Under the pieces are notes generated by a model, which saw nothing but the letters and a program-made list of their open reading frames with translations, was not told the origin of the DNA and made no database searches. From Fimbriosthenelais zetlandica (Eukaryota): 64,000 nucleotides of DNA. Positions 41,901-54,094 of this stretch are shown here, piece after piece. The stretch covers positions 62,062,001 to 62,126,000 of the forward strand of contig OZ365109.1 of assembly GCA_977030845.1 (NCBI GenBank), written 5' to 3'. A program made the position numbers and the translations under genes. Each line of letters begins with the position of its first letter. Position 1 is the first letter of the stretch.

Positions 41901-44900
41901 GACCGAGCCTCATTGATTTTTTTTCTATAATTTACTTCTTTTCAGATTTTACAAATTCTTGCCGTGTTTCCTTCGGTGAGGGCTGCCTCTGGAAGCACGA
42001 CCTTCGTGTCAGAGGTTGATTGAGGAGGTTTCGGGACGAGTTTTCACTGAAAGCTCAGCTAGCCTTTGGCTGAATACCCTTATAAATTACCTGTTCTTTG
42101 TGTCATACTGGAACTGTCAATCTACATGTAAATCTATTACTACACGAAACAGTACAATCATTTAGTTTAAAATATAAGATTCCACGCAACCTCTCTGTTA
42201 ATAAGTATTATAGTGAAAGGTTTAAATTAAGAAAATCAATTCAATCACCTGAAGTAGAACTTCATCCCACCCCCGCATAGAACATGATCTACTGTATCTG
42301 CTATTGGTCCCTATTACGTCCTTGATATAAAACATAATACTCAGGACAAAGAGATTCCCACTGGGGGCGGATTAAGTTTTTCACAAGGGGGGCGCCGGGT
42401 TAGGAGACATGAGGACAAACTGCTCAGGATGAGACACAGCTAATCCTGACTGAAATAATTAAACAATCACTATGCCATGTCTACATTATATTTATTTATT
42501 ATATTCGTCATAATTATGGGGATACAACTGATACCAACACCCCGGGTGCCTGTCTATTTTACGGGCATGTCAATTGTCTGGTGTTCGTTCATATAGCCGA
42601 CGTCTTAGAGGGGTTTTTAGCATAATATATGGGCAGATATATAATTACTATAATGGCATGTCTAGTGAGAGGTTAATCTACATGGAGACAAATAAATTCA
42701 GCCTTATCCAAACCTGAGCATATCCTTATTCTCAAAGCAAGTCCTTTTGAATTATTACTAGGTTATCCTGTCTGCGCCTAGCCTCCCGAAGTTCAAAAGT
42801 GACAGCAACCTTTCTATGCCCATGAACCAGATGAACCAGCCATTACCGGACTAACTTTGCTGGCAAATTGATGTCCCTGTCAAGACCCAGCAAAAAGAAC
42901 CTTCCGTAGAAGATGTATCCGAAGGAAGGAAAGTTGTTGTAGACCAAAAGGTATTGGAAATAATTCTTTGTCGACCCACTTCGACAATGCCTTCCAAAAG
43001 TTAATCTTTCATAATCGCCAGCGCTTCCTTTCACTACTCCTGCCATGCAATTCATTTGCCACTGATCGATTAGGAAATAACGTCTCACAAAGAAAGCAAT
43101 CTGAGCAGGTTCGATACCATCCATTTTGTTAAATTGCAAGGAAGGAAAGGTTAGATTTATCATTTAGTGTCAATCTAGGCTGTGCTTACAGGGTGTTGCA
43201 AGGCAAGCTCCAATATGAGATTTTCTACTCGGTTGCATTCTAAGCACACCTAATCGCCCAACCCATGGACCTCTGGTCTGGGTATTAACATTCCTCACAA
43301 TGTATCACAACGAACCCTACCTTTCCCGATCTATGTACATAGTATAGTATAATTATAGGCCTTAGTGGCCTGCATTAGAGATGCACAGCGCATGGATGGC
43401 AAATTCCTTTTTAGGCCTGACTTATACATTGGCACATATAGTTCTATGATTGGAATGGCAATTATTTTAGTCAGGATTGACACGCGAACAACATTCCCTT
43501 ACAAGGGATGTGTTGCTTTGCTGTTGCATGTTTATGAATTATCCCCATGCCATATGATGAAAACAAAAAACGGGACTGGAGTGAGAATGAGAGTAGCTCA
43601 AGTTATAAATATTCCTGTATCAAAAGCCTGTTTCAAGAGGAATATTAGCCATAGACTAACATTCCTTTTGTAACATCTGACCCCTGGAAGCATAAATCAA
43701 GAGATGATAATTAAGCCTATGTTTCTCTATTTACTTGGTAAATGTCCACAATCAATGGACGTCTTTCAATCAACTATTTTATCACCTTAAACCAGTTCCC
43801 CGGGAGGCTACTTGCATCTTTTGTGGCCTTATTACACTCCTTGATAACCCACCACAATTCGGATTGCTACCACTAATGGCTTTGATTGGCCGTTTTGGGA
43901 GACTAGCCTAAGGCCTTTCCCGTTACTTCAGAACATGAACCGGAAGTAGTTGTCGGGGGAAATGACCTCGCATGAAGACTAGGATGAAGAGGATGGAAGA
44001 TAAAAGTTTTAGTAAAATGCCTCCTAAATAAGGCGATGTTCCATGTGGGACATGAGGCTATATAACCAAGACCAGATTCCCTTTGAATACCATTGTATGT
44101 ACATGTTCTGTAAATCAGCTGAAGAAGTATTACTTTGATGATATATAAAAGGGTTGCCAATAATGTGTTGAAAGTACGTATACGTAGGCCTATACATGGG
44201 TCTATCGTATAGCCTATATCCTAAAAGGCAATTTCTTCCCACACTACATTCGGAGGAAATATAGGAAATTCGGCCAAAAAATGTAGCGCTGCTCGATGCA
44301 AAATTGTTTCTGCATGTTTTCACCCGGCCTCCGTGCAGCAAGACTGGTGCTTAATTGTTTGGCTTATCGCCAAAGGCAAAAGAGCTGCAGCTTCAAACTG
44401 GAATTACTTCTTGAAAGAGACAAAGTGATTTGTCAAATAAAGATAAAATTACTTTTTTATGAGTGTGAATCCAAAGAATCACCGCTTGAAACAACGTCAC
44501 ATCTCTTCATCTGTTGTAACGGTTTTTGATCGTTTTGCCATTATAATGATTAGGCCTATTGAATTAATTATAGTATAGGCTACGCATATATCTGGCAAAC
44601 ATTACATTAAATCCATGGGATTCACATACTTGTACCTGAATCTAACTAGAAGATTTCAGTAAAATTCGTTTATATGTTTAATCCATGTTCATTGGAAATC
44701 TACATTAGTTACAATATTAATGTAATGCAGATATTATATAGTTCAGGTATCATGATAGTGATCCGTATTCTTCATAATGGACAGCGATGCCGTTCCTGGC
44801 ATCCATTCCCCTCATTCTCCTATCTTTTCTCCTCATTATCTATATATAACCTTTATATTCAATGACTCTTGATTGCAGTACCGGATGTGTTAGGACATGG

Positions 44901-47900
44901 AGAGGATAGCTTGAGCTTCTCTCTGTATAAAATGTCACATCACACGGATCTTTCATTGTCCAGAACAATCAATTTGTATTATTATAATTATATTCATTCA
45001 GGCATATTATATTCCATCAAATGACTGTATTGTATTTTATCCCAATGACAATCATCAGAGGCAAATGGCTATGTGTGTGACCAAAGTAATCAGTTGTGAA
45101 AACATTATCCACTTATTATCTCTTATTGACATTAGACGCTGGTGGCCTGTTGATCCATTTGGTCGGCAAGAAATACAATCAGGTCAATATCACACAGTAT
45201 AATGTGCATTATTACAGGTCTGTCATTCTCCTCCAGAATTGCAAAGGCAAAATATAATATTTGTCATTTAGATGTAAGCTACAGAGAATACACAATACAG
45301 AAAGGGTTCTTGACATTTTGAGATAAATTTAATAAAATTCTCAGTGTGCAGAATGTATACTTCAATATCATTTAAATATAGAAACAAGACGTTTCTGTTT
45401 GATGACTTAAGATATTTTGCCATACCTGAATGTACGAAGTTAAAAATAAGTGCACCTAGTGAATTGAGAAGCTCTGGAGAGCAATTGATCTTTTTGAAGT
45501 CATCCTTACCTGGTCTTTCGCGGAGATGGTACTGTAAGCTGTTGTACAAGAATGTAGGCAGGTTCATTCTGTTCTTGCATTATCCTGTCTTGACTCTTTT
45601 TACGATACCACTGAACCACCGCAACGTTGTTGTATCATCCCAGTTTTAAATACGTCTAGAGCCACCCTAAAACAGGTGACTTCTCTGGGTATTGGTCAAC
45701 TCTTAATACATATATGAAGGCCTTCCAGTGCTTCACGGGAAAGGTCAAAGAGCTGGCGTCATGTCTAGTCTCACATGAACACTACAGGTGCAAACAGCCC
45801 AACACAGATCAAAGACTAATTTTTTGCATTCTGACTTCCATTGCACAAATACTGCAACCTGTGAAGACTTAAAACATCACAAGTCCTGAAACCGTGAACG
45901 AGTGAATGGAAACCAGGAGAACAAATATAAAAATTAATTATTCCTGCTGTGTGATAAATTACCAGCCAATTAGGCTTAGGTCTACTAAGCCCTGAGAAAT
46001 ACAATGAGATGAGACACTCTTGTTCTCAGATGTCCTATGGAGCTGCTCTTGTAGATAGGCAGAGTGTGCGAGATAGAGATGAAGGCAAAGAGAGGGAAGC
46101 TGTGTATAGGCAAACAGAGGCAGCTGGAGTTCTGGTGCTTCGTCCTCATTCCTCCCACCTATCTCCTCCTACAGACATCTGCCTCAGGCCATCCGTTACC
46201 AAGCGATAATGCCTCCAGCAGCTAGCTATGGCATAGTTGGAGGAAAAGCATGCAGATGGACTAGCAGCAGAGGGTGGAGCCCCAATAGAAGGGCACTACA
46301 CACTGTTATGAGGCTGGGTCCAGCACCCAGCAGCTATGATTTGCCAAAGCTGTTTTCACCAGCCCTGTGATCGACCACACACACAGACGGCTGAAAAAGT
46401 CTCTTATAATCTACATTAAAATTGCCCGTCCTGTGGCTGGGCCAGGCTCTGTTTGGGCATATAGCAAGGCAATGCTTTGGCATATTCGATTGGATATCAT
46501 AACCACACATTCCAGGATAGAAAATAACCCCTCCATTCGCCCAATGAAATCCATGTGAACAGTGCTGGAGAATCGTGTTTGAATTTGAACATCAAGCAGT
46601 CAAATTTGGCAGATTTTAATGAAGATTTTTTGGCTTTTAAAAACAAAGCCATCAAACAAAGGTTTAAAAAAAAAATGGCAGCATTGAAGGTCATGCCTTC
46701 AATTGCCAAGTCACTAATTTAATGAATTCCTGTGAACGCGTGTGGCATAATTATGGATGGTGCCCTTCCACGTTATTAATAATACTACCATTGGAAAATA
46801 GTTGATTCTGTAGAACTTTGGGAAATTACAGCTGGGATTAGAGTTTAACATTTTTACTTCGCGGTAACTTCGACCAAGGCCTTTATCTCATTTAGAACAG
46901 TGGGCTACAATATCTCGTATAGGAAAATTCCGGCATAATCGATTATACGAGGTGTCACTTTTACTATTATTCCCAATATTGATTTATGGGTTGTTATCAG
47001 TGGCTAGCACCTTGAGTATTATATTGATATCAGGAGTGGCTAAACTACTTAAACTCATGTCTGAAACAATAGAAGGACTCGTTACGGCAGGACGATAGTT
47101 ATTCTTTTACGTTAGAATGTTTATAGAATTGGAAAGTGGTAAATATTAATCGAAACTTCCTTCCTGATAATCCTTTAATACTTGACGATGACGTTCAAAC
47201 TTGGTTTCGATAGATAGGCCTAGTACTGTAATACCAGTACCAAAATTCTTAAAACTTAAAAAGAATCGATCTATCGATAAGCGACTTTCGTCAATTGTCA
47301 GAATAAACCCAATATTTAGTGACGGTTATGATTTGAGAATGTTTCTTTAAAAGTGGTCGGACCGTATATTTTGTGGCTCAAATAAATCAATTATTTTAAA
47401 CATGCCTTACCTATAATCAACAGTATTGTCGCTTTTGTGTCGCCTACTCGTAGCCCTACGCCTTTTAGGCACCTTGGATTTGAAAAGCTTCGGCATTTTC
47501 TCGTCTCGTTAGGATTGCAATTATAGGTCGTCCTTTGGTTCAGCAATGTTTCTTATGAGTTGGGTGAGAGATCTTCTAACAAAGCTCAAAGATATGTCCA
47601 GAGTCCATTTTGATATCGGTCGGGGACAAGTATGAATTCATAAAGCGATAACATATAATATGCTCAATGGATTATAAATTTAGTATAGGGTCAAGGGACA
47701 GTATATGATAGGTCCCTAGATAACATAGGATTACATCTATATGGTATTGAAGGTTCCCTCTTGGAACATAAACCGACCTCATTCTTATACCAATATCCGA
47801 TTTCCAATTATGTGTGATACAATAAGCCTAACACATTACATGTAATTCAAGGTTGGGTCCACGTGTCCCTATTCTTAAAACCTTCTTGTGCATCTCTTAC

Positions 47901-49379
47901 TTGTTTACTCCATATCAGAGCAAACACATGATGATACTGAACTCAATAACAGGATAATATATTAATTCACATTATTGTAATTGACTACTTCCATTTAACT
48001 TAAGTGTTAATTTATTCTATGTTGAGTTTCCATCTAGACTGAGTTCTGACTGTCGCCTATTAATTATAGTGAGATAGTATTTCTATTTTAGGCTATTTTT
48101 TTCTCTTCTGTAGTGAATGCATGTGTAACTGATTAAGAAAATGTTAACGCCTAGTGCGTGACTAACATAGAATTGACAGCTACTGCCATGACTTCATGAG
48201 TACCACACACATGTTATAGTGGATGACTGTAAGCTACCGTTTATGGATAAAATATTAGTTAATCAAATCAATATTTAAATGCATTCAAACGATTTTGTAT
48301 TTTCGTATAAGAATGCATTGCCTAATCAATTACACGAGATATATCATGGTCTGCATTGGCGCGAACGGATTGAGCGAAGAACACCTCCGCCATCTACCGG
48401 TCTGTCAATGAAGATCTCACAACCATCAGGCCTGATCCTATGGCTATGAATCCTGCTTACGGGGTTTCATATTGAGCAAATGATATGAGAATGGCTAACA
48501 GACTTGCTCTTATGAATTCTACATAAAGCTATCCTTGTTGCGTCACGAAGATATTGTAAAAATATTGTTTGCATCAAGTGTTTCAATTTGCCATTCTTTA
48601 GGTCTATCATATGAAAGCGGCGACTGGCGCAAGTAATTAAAGATATCTACAAATTTCAAATTTCCCGATTTATTTTCGATTTATAAAATTTAAATTAGAC
48701 AAGCAAGTAAGCCCTACACAATTAATTGTCCTTTCAATTTCCACATCCGTAAAATGTTTCATTCATGCTTCGAATAACATGAATACAAGTGCCATAATCA
48801 ATGAGTACATGTATACATATAATTATTCACAACCCCCTCAGGAAGTAAAAAAAGAAGGCTTCGAAGAATTGAAAAATTTATATACAGTTTCATACCCTGA
48901 AATCAAAGTTTCTTATCTCAGTGATGATATTTTCGTGGAGCCATAGTTTTGCGAATGAATATTTCGCGCATCCTTGGGGATATCATGTAAACGAATTAAT
49001 TGTTCTTATGTCATTCACTTCCATAGTCATATGACTCGGTCATACATTCCTTTGATTCGAATAAACTTAATATTAGAGTGCTTATATTTGACTTTAAACT
49101 CGCGAAATTATGCTCAAGCTATCGTGGTCTTGCACATCCTTTCCCAGGGATCAGTCTATGACCTATTTTTTCATTGAAGATTCCTCTATTTCATTGGTAC
49201 CTGTTTGTAAGGATAGTCCTACCAAAAGGTACTGGTAGAATTAATATTTATACTTTCAAACACATATTGGGATGCAGCTGAGTTAAAAGAAGAGAAGAAC
49301 AAAGGGTGTGTGATGTGTTATTTATGGTTGTTTTTATGTTGTCTATTGATGCTCCCTTGTTTCTTTACCACTCTCTAGT

Positions 49380-49495
49380 GTTGGAGTACAGAAAACGCTG
49401 CCTTCATCCGGGCACCTGCCATGAGCAATTACCTCCGTGCTTCGCGAAAATTTGTTGACTTGAATATATTTATACTCCCCGGGAAGGCCATTGAG
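49380..49495 (+). other. Candidate 5' UTR exon of gene A (left boundary approximate)
   Basis: CpG-rich patch ending in a strong donor GAG|GTAAGA at 49495/49496. The next good acceptor is TTTTAATTACAG at 50501. Confidence 0.45.
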
Positions 49496-50535
49496 GTAAG
49501 ATTAGACGACTTTTTAATCCTTGGCCGATTATAGAAGAATCAGAGATGAGTCTTGTGGCATAAAGAGTGTCTAAGGCGTGGGATGGAGTTTAATGTTTCA
49601 AGGGTTGCGTGTGGGAATTTTCGCGTGTATAGAACGCTGGTGCTGTCTATCGTTTGGTAGGCTGGCGGTCGTTAGAACTAGACGGGATGTTCGTCTGCTT
49701 TTCCCTCTAAAACAAAGGTTTTATTCTAAAATAATGTACCATATTTACAGGTCAATTAAAAAATGACCCATAGTCCCAGTGGCATTGTAATTTACTAGTT
49801 TTGTAATGAATATCGGGGTACGGAACCCGAACCTAGGATAGAACAGGGCGGCTGGACCTCGGACCAAAGCGAGACATATGCTAGCCCGGTGCAGCCCGGT
49901 AACCATAGAATGGGGCCTTGTTTCCCACCAAGGCCTTGTCATAGATTGGCAATTCCCTTGGCATTGACTCCTTTAAATTATAAAATAATCCTTTGGGAGT
50001 AATCTAGCCCCATTTCAGTTACTTTAATGATTTCCGTACTTGGTCCATGGACTTTCTTCAATCCCAGCTGATGAGCTGTTATGTAGTAATATTTCTGCCA
50101 CACTCACCAAACATTGTGGGCGGGGCTAGTTTTCACTTTTTATCATGACATGTCATTAAAATTTATAGCTGACCATATTTCAACAAATAAAGATCCACGT
50201 ATTTACAAGTATGGATTAAAAGCAGATAATTATATTATTTTTTCCTTTTTAAAGGAACGATAGCCTACACATTTTTGTAGGCCAATTAGTAGGCCCTACC
50301 AACCCAGTATTTTTTTTTAATATATAGGGCATATTATAGGCCTATATATTGTCTAACAGAAATAATTATTTTTGAAATATTTTGATCTAAGAATCTCAAA
50401 TATTTCTAGGATATAATTATTGTAGAGATTTAAAATAATTAATTTTAATTAATATGTCCCTATTTTTGTCGAGAAATAAAATAATACTATTTTAATTACA
50501 GTTTATATAAAGAAGGTCATTAAAGTGAAGATTCA

Positions 50536-53500
50536 ATGATGGATGACATAGATGACATACAACCTGGCAGACATAGCCCACCTCCCATGTCACCAGATGA
50601 GGACGATGATGCTCTATCACCCATTCATACAGCGGGAGAAACAGATACAGAAGGTTTAGATAAGATAGAAGACGGGGAGCATCCAGATGTACCCGTAGTG
50701 GAACCAGAGGCCGTACCAGACGAGGAACTCCTTCATGAAGATCTAGATACCACAGGAGCAGATCCTGTTAGGGTTAAACCCAAGACAGCTTCATTAAGAC
50801 TTCAGACCAGAGGAGGCCGAATGAGAGCTGACCAGGTTAAAAAAAATTATTGTTTTATTTCCCCCAAAAGGACCTTTTCATGAATGAATACGTTTTTCCT
50901 TTATCTCAATAAGTAATTTGTTTAATAGTAAAATGAGTGTTTTTTTTAAAATTTTATATTTAATTCTATATTTAGTTGTACTAAGATCATTTGATCTCTT
51001 TCTAAATTTGTAATTATTCATTATTTGCGGTGGTAAATTTGGCTTTTGATATAAATTACTAAAATTGGTAATTTTTAGGTAAATGAATGTCCAAAGTGCA
51101 ATCTAGATATCTACATATAAAGTTGATCACATCTTATTTTATAATATCACCTGAATGATTTTCTTTTACATTGTCTATTTTCAGGACCGTATAAAATCCA
51201 TATTGAAGGAGGCTATAGTCAGTATGTGTAATTCGGGCCTCTACTACCAGACAGAAATGAGAATAGAGGGACTTCTCGGTATCACGCTGGACCGACGTGA
51301 GGTCATCATTGTTAACGTCCATGACATCGTACGGACGTCAGAATCTGATGATGAATACACGTAAGTTAAATGAGTACAGTAACACAAAAGGCTTAAAAAG
51401 AAAAGGTAAATAATTACACGTAAGTTAAATGAATAAGGTAAAAAAAATAAACGTAACTAAGTTAAATGAGTACGTGGATAAGTTGAAGACACGTAAAATG
51501 AATAGGCCTCTCCACATATTATAAATAAATCAATTTATTCACGTCAGTTAAATTAATACGACTCCCGTAAATTTCAAGACGGGTATTTTAAGTCAACAAA
51601 CAGCTGATGGATTCTAATTTAATGGACCTGAAGCATTTTCGATCAAATCTGAAAGTAGGCCTAAATAACTCATTGGTTTGAGGATGAAAGCTATCATTAT
51701 GTTATTACTTATTTCATGTACCATTATTTCGAAATCCAAATTGATAATAATATTGAATAATTTTTTAGTACCAAGATCCCATACACACCAACCATCCACA
51801 AAAGAAAGATGACGAGACCGTGGCGTATAGCTGGCCGTCAGTACATTAAGCGTGGTCCTGGACGCCGACCCAAATACGACCCTGGCGAACCCCTCCTCAA
51901 ACGCCGGAAAGACACCGAAGATGGGGATGAGGTGGACATCTTTGGTACCTCCAGCTCGCGAGGGGAGGCTGGGATGACAGGCTCGAGTCCCCGTCAGGGA
52001 CAAGAAAACCAAGATGGAGATGGGAGCCACTCTGAGGAAGGAAATCTGAATAATCTAGCCCAGGCTGTGGCCTGGTATACTTCAGTGGACGAGGAGGCCA
52101 AGTCCGGTGATGGTTCATCTTTACTCAATGATCACGTGAGTGTATGTGAAAATGATTTAATTCTCTCTATCAAATTAATCAATAAAATTAATTATGTCAG
52201 AAACAGAAAATCTGAATTATTAGAAATTTAACTGTAGGTCTAGTATCATTTGAGTAGCCTAACCCAATATTATCATTTCCATTATTTTTTAGTTCTAGAA
52301 AATTGATTGATGGATTAGGGACATAATTTTTACATTATATTTCTAACTTTCAATAACTATTTTATCGTATTATAAATTTGCCTTATATGAATTCTCCAAA
52401 TTTACAAAACTAGCTTTATTATACAATATGATAATATCTTTCCAGGGTTTACCTCTACCTGATCCACTTACAAGCCCGGACAAAGCAGAGATGATCAGGT
52501 TCCTGAATGAACAAGTGGGTCGGGGATATGCCCGGAAACAAGAAAAGAAGAAAAAACGTGGTGAATACAACAACTACACTGCAGAAATGCGTGCCAAGAT
52601 CGGCCAGTTTGCTGTGGAACACGGCATAGGTAAAGCCATGAAGCATTTTAAGACTTTGTTTGGTCGGCCGATTAGTGAGAGCACAGTCAGGTGTATGAGA
52701 AAGGCGTATCTTGATGCTAAGAGGGAAACTCAGGCTGACGAGGTGGTGGTACTGCCTAAAAAAGACAGAGGCAGGCCGCTGATGCTGAAGGAATATGACA
52801 CCGATGTCATGGATTATATTGAAAACCTGAGGAGAAATGGAGCTCAGATTAATGTTCAAATCGTCATGGATGCAGCCAGAGGAGTTCTCCTTCATAAAGA
52901 CAAAGCAAAGCTGAAGGAATTCGGAGGCTCCATTGAAATCACAAAGGCCTGGGCTCAGTCATTTATGGCCAGAAAGGGATTGCATGGTCTTGGTAGACGA
53001 AGGAGAAAATCGGAAGGACAGAAAAGTCCAAAGAAGAAGAAAGATCAGCAAAGCAGCAGCAATCCAGGAGAGTCCTCACATATTACACATCAACAACAAC
53101 AGCAACAGCAGCAGCAGCAACAACAACAGCAACAACAACAACCACCAACACATCAACCTCAACACACACAAGGTCTACCTCAACAACAGCAACAGCAACA
53201 ACCACCACCACCACCTCACCATCCAGGAGCTGCTGTACCCGGCCAACAGCAAGGACAACCCAACACCCACCAACAAAACCTCTCACAACACCCAACACCA
53301 GTCCACACTCCGCATTCTCAGGACCATGAAGCCCATCTACACAATCTAGATGTGTGTACCCCACCACCGGCACACCAAGATCAGAGAAATAACACTATGG
53401 TATTCCCTGAGAGACAGATGCACCCAGGTGCTGATCCAATGCATGATCACAGGAATGCTATGGTGTTTGGGGATAGGCAGCCTCATCATGGTGAACATGT

Positions 53501-53672
53501 AATGCACGATCACACAGGGAGGATGGTCTTCCCGGATCGACACCCAATGACCACAGCGAGCATGCAGGATCCACATCATATGTTCTTCCCTGAAAGACTC
53601 AACCTGAACCCAGTTCCTGCTGCTCATTGTTCATTGTGGCCCTCACAAAATATACATCATAAAAATAACTGA
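50536..53672 (+). CDS. Gene A: putative transcription factor (GLLGITxD N-terminal domain + AT-hook-like motif + domesticated pogo/DDE_1-type transposase HTH region + polyQ/His-rich tail), about 689 aa
   Basis: Exons 50536-50835, 51185-51360, 51769-52135 and 52446-53672. All introns are GT-AG with matching phases (0, 2, 0). The joined 2070 nt give one open frame (RMRADQ|DRIKSIL...DEYT|TKIPY...LLNDH|GLPLPDP...HHKNN*). An acceptor at 50500-50501 precedes the ATG. Confidence 0.85.
51185..51331 (+). other. GLLGITxD N-terminal domain, copy in gene A
   Basis: DRIKSILKEAIVSMCNSGLYYQTEMRIEGLLGITLDRREVIIVNVHDIV aligns without gaps to 57634-57780 with 20/49 identities (hand count). Confidence 0.85.
52446..52982 (+). 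other. Transposase-derived bipartite HTH DNA-binding region (pogo/Tc1-mariner superfamily, DDE_1 type; second HTH is CENP-B/HTH_Tnp_Tc5-like)
   Basis: The motif order LPDP...KKRGEYNNYTAEMRAKIGQFAVEHG...SESTVR...LPKKDRGRPL...YIENLRRNGAQINVQIVMDAARG...GGSIEITKAWAQSFMARKG matches my recollection of the N-terminal half of marine-invertebrate DDE_1 transposases. No DDE region follows. Confidence 0.75.
53091..53141 (+). repeat. CAA/CAG repeat encoding 17 consecutive Gln in gene A
   Basis: Read directly: mixed caa/cag codons in frame with exon 4. Confidence 0.95.
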
Positions 53673-54042
53673 GACCAGTGGACACCAGTAGATAATGTAA
53701 GACCACCTGTGGAGGATATTATGATGAGGCATGGCACTGTCAAATACGAACCTCCTTGAAATTTATGACCCTTTACAAGGTGTACTATAATTCCTCATAA
53801 AGGATTGGGCATGCAAATTCATAATAATATTTTTACGTTTAAGTGCCACTTATTTGCTGAGTACTGGTCTTATTTTTCTACTGGAATGTCCATGAAGTAA
53901 TCGGAATTATATTGCAAATTTTTCTTTTGGAGACAAAAATATTGAATCAACTCCTTCCAATGCGCTGATTGTGTTCAAGTTTAGTTGATGGTTCTATAAT
54001 TATTGTTGCATGGATGCAATCGATTTATCCTCAGGAAATGCT

Positions 54043-54094
54043 CAATTTGGTATCGTGGTCACACAATTTGGTATCGTGGTCACACAATTTGGTA
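54043..54094 (+). repeat. 21-bp tandem repeat, about 2.5 copies
   Basis: CAATTTGGTATCGTGGTCACA twice plus a partial copy. Confidence 0.9.

Noticed and set aside
45268-45666. Protein-like ORFs on both strands with a CAG|GTAAGG donor at 45510
   Set aside because: No frame stays open from a credible acceptor and no family was recognised. Possibly a transposon relic.
1-47000. Conserved bilaterian microRNAs in the ORF-less region
   Set aside because: I recognised no mature sequence by eye. This is not exhaustive, and a miRBase/MirGeneDB search is needed.
51614-53627. Minus-strand ORFs at 51614-52030, 52455-52895, 53083-53373 and 53346-53627, and similar ORFs over gene B and PHAX
   Set aside because: They are antisense or alternate-frame shadows of real coding exons and low-complexity codon repeats.
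52428-53672. Active DNA transposon
   Set aside because: There is no DDE catalytic region and no TIRs or target-site duplication were seen. The region is spliced in frame to upstream host exons.
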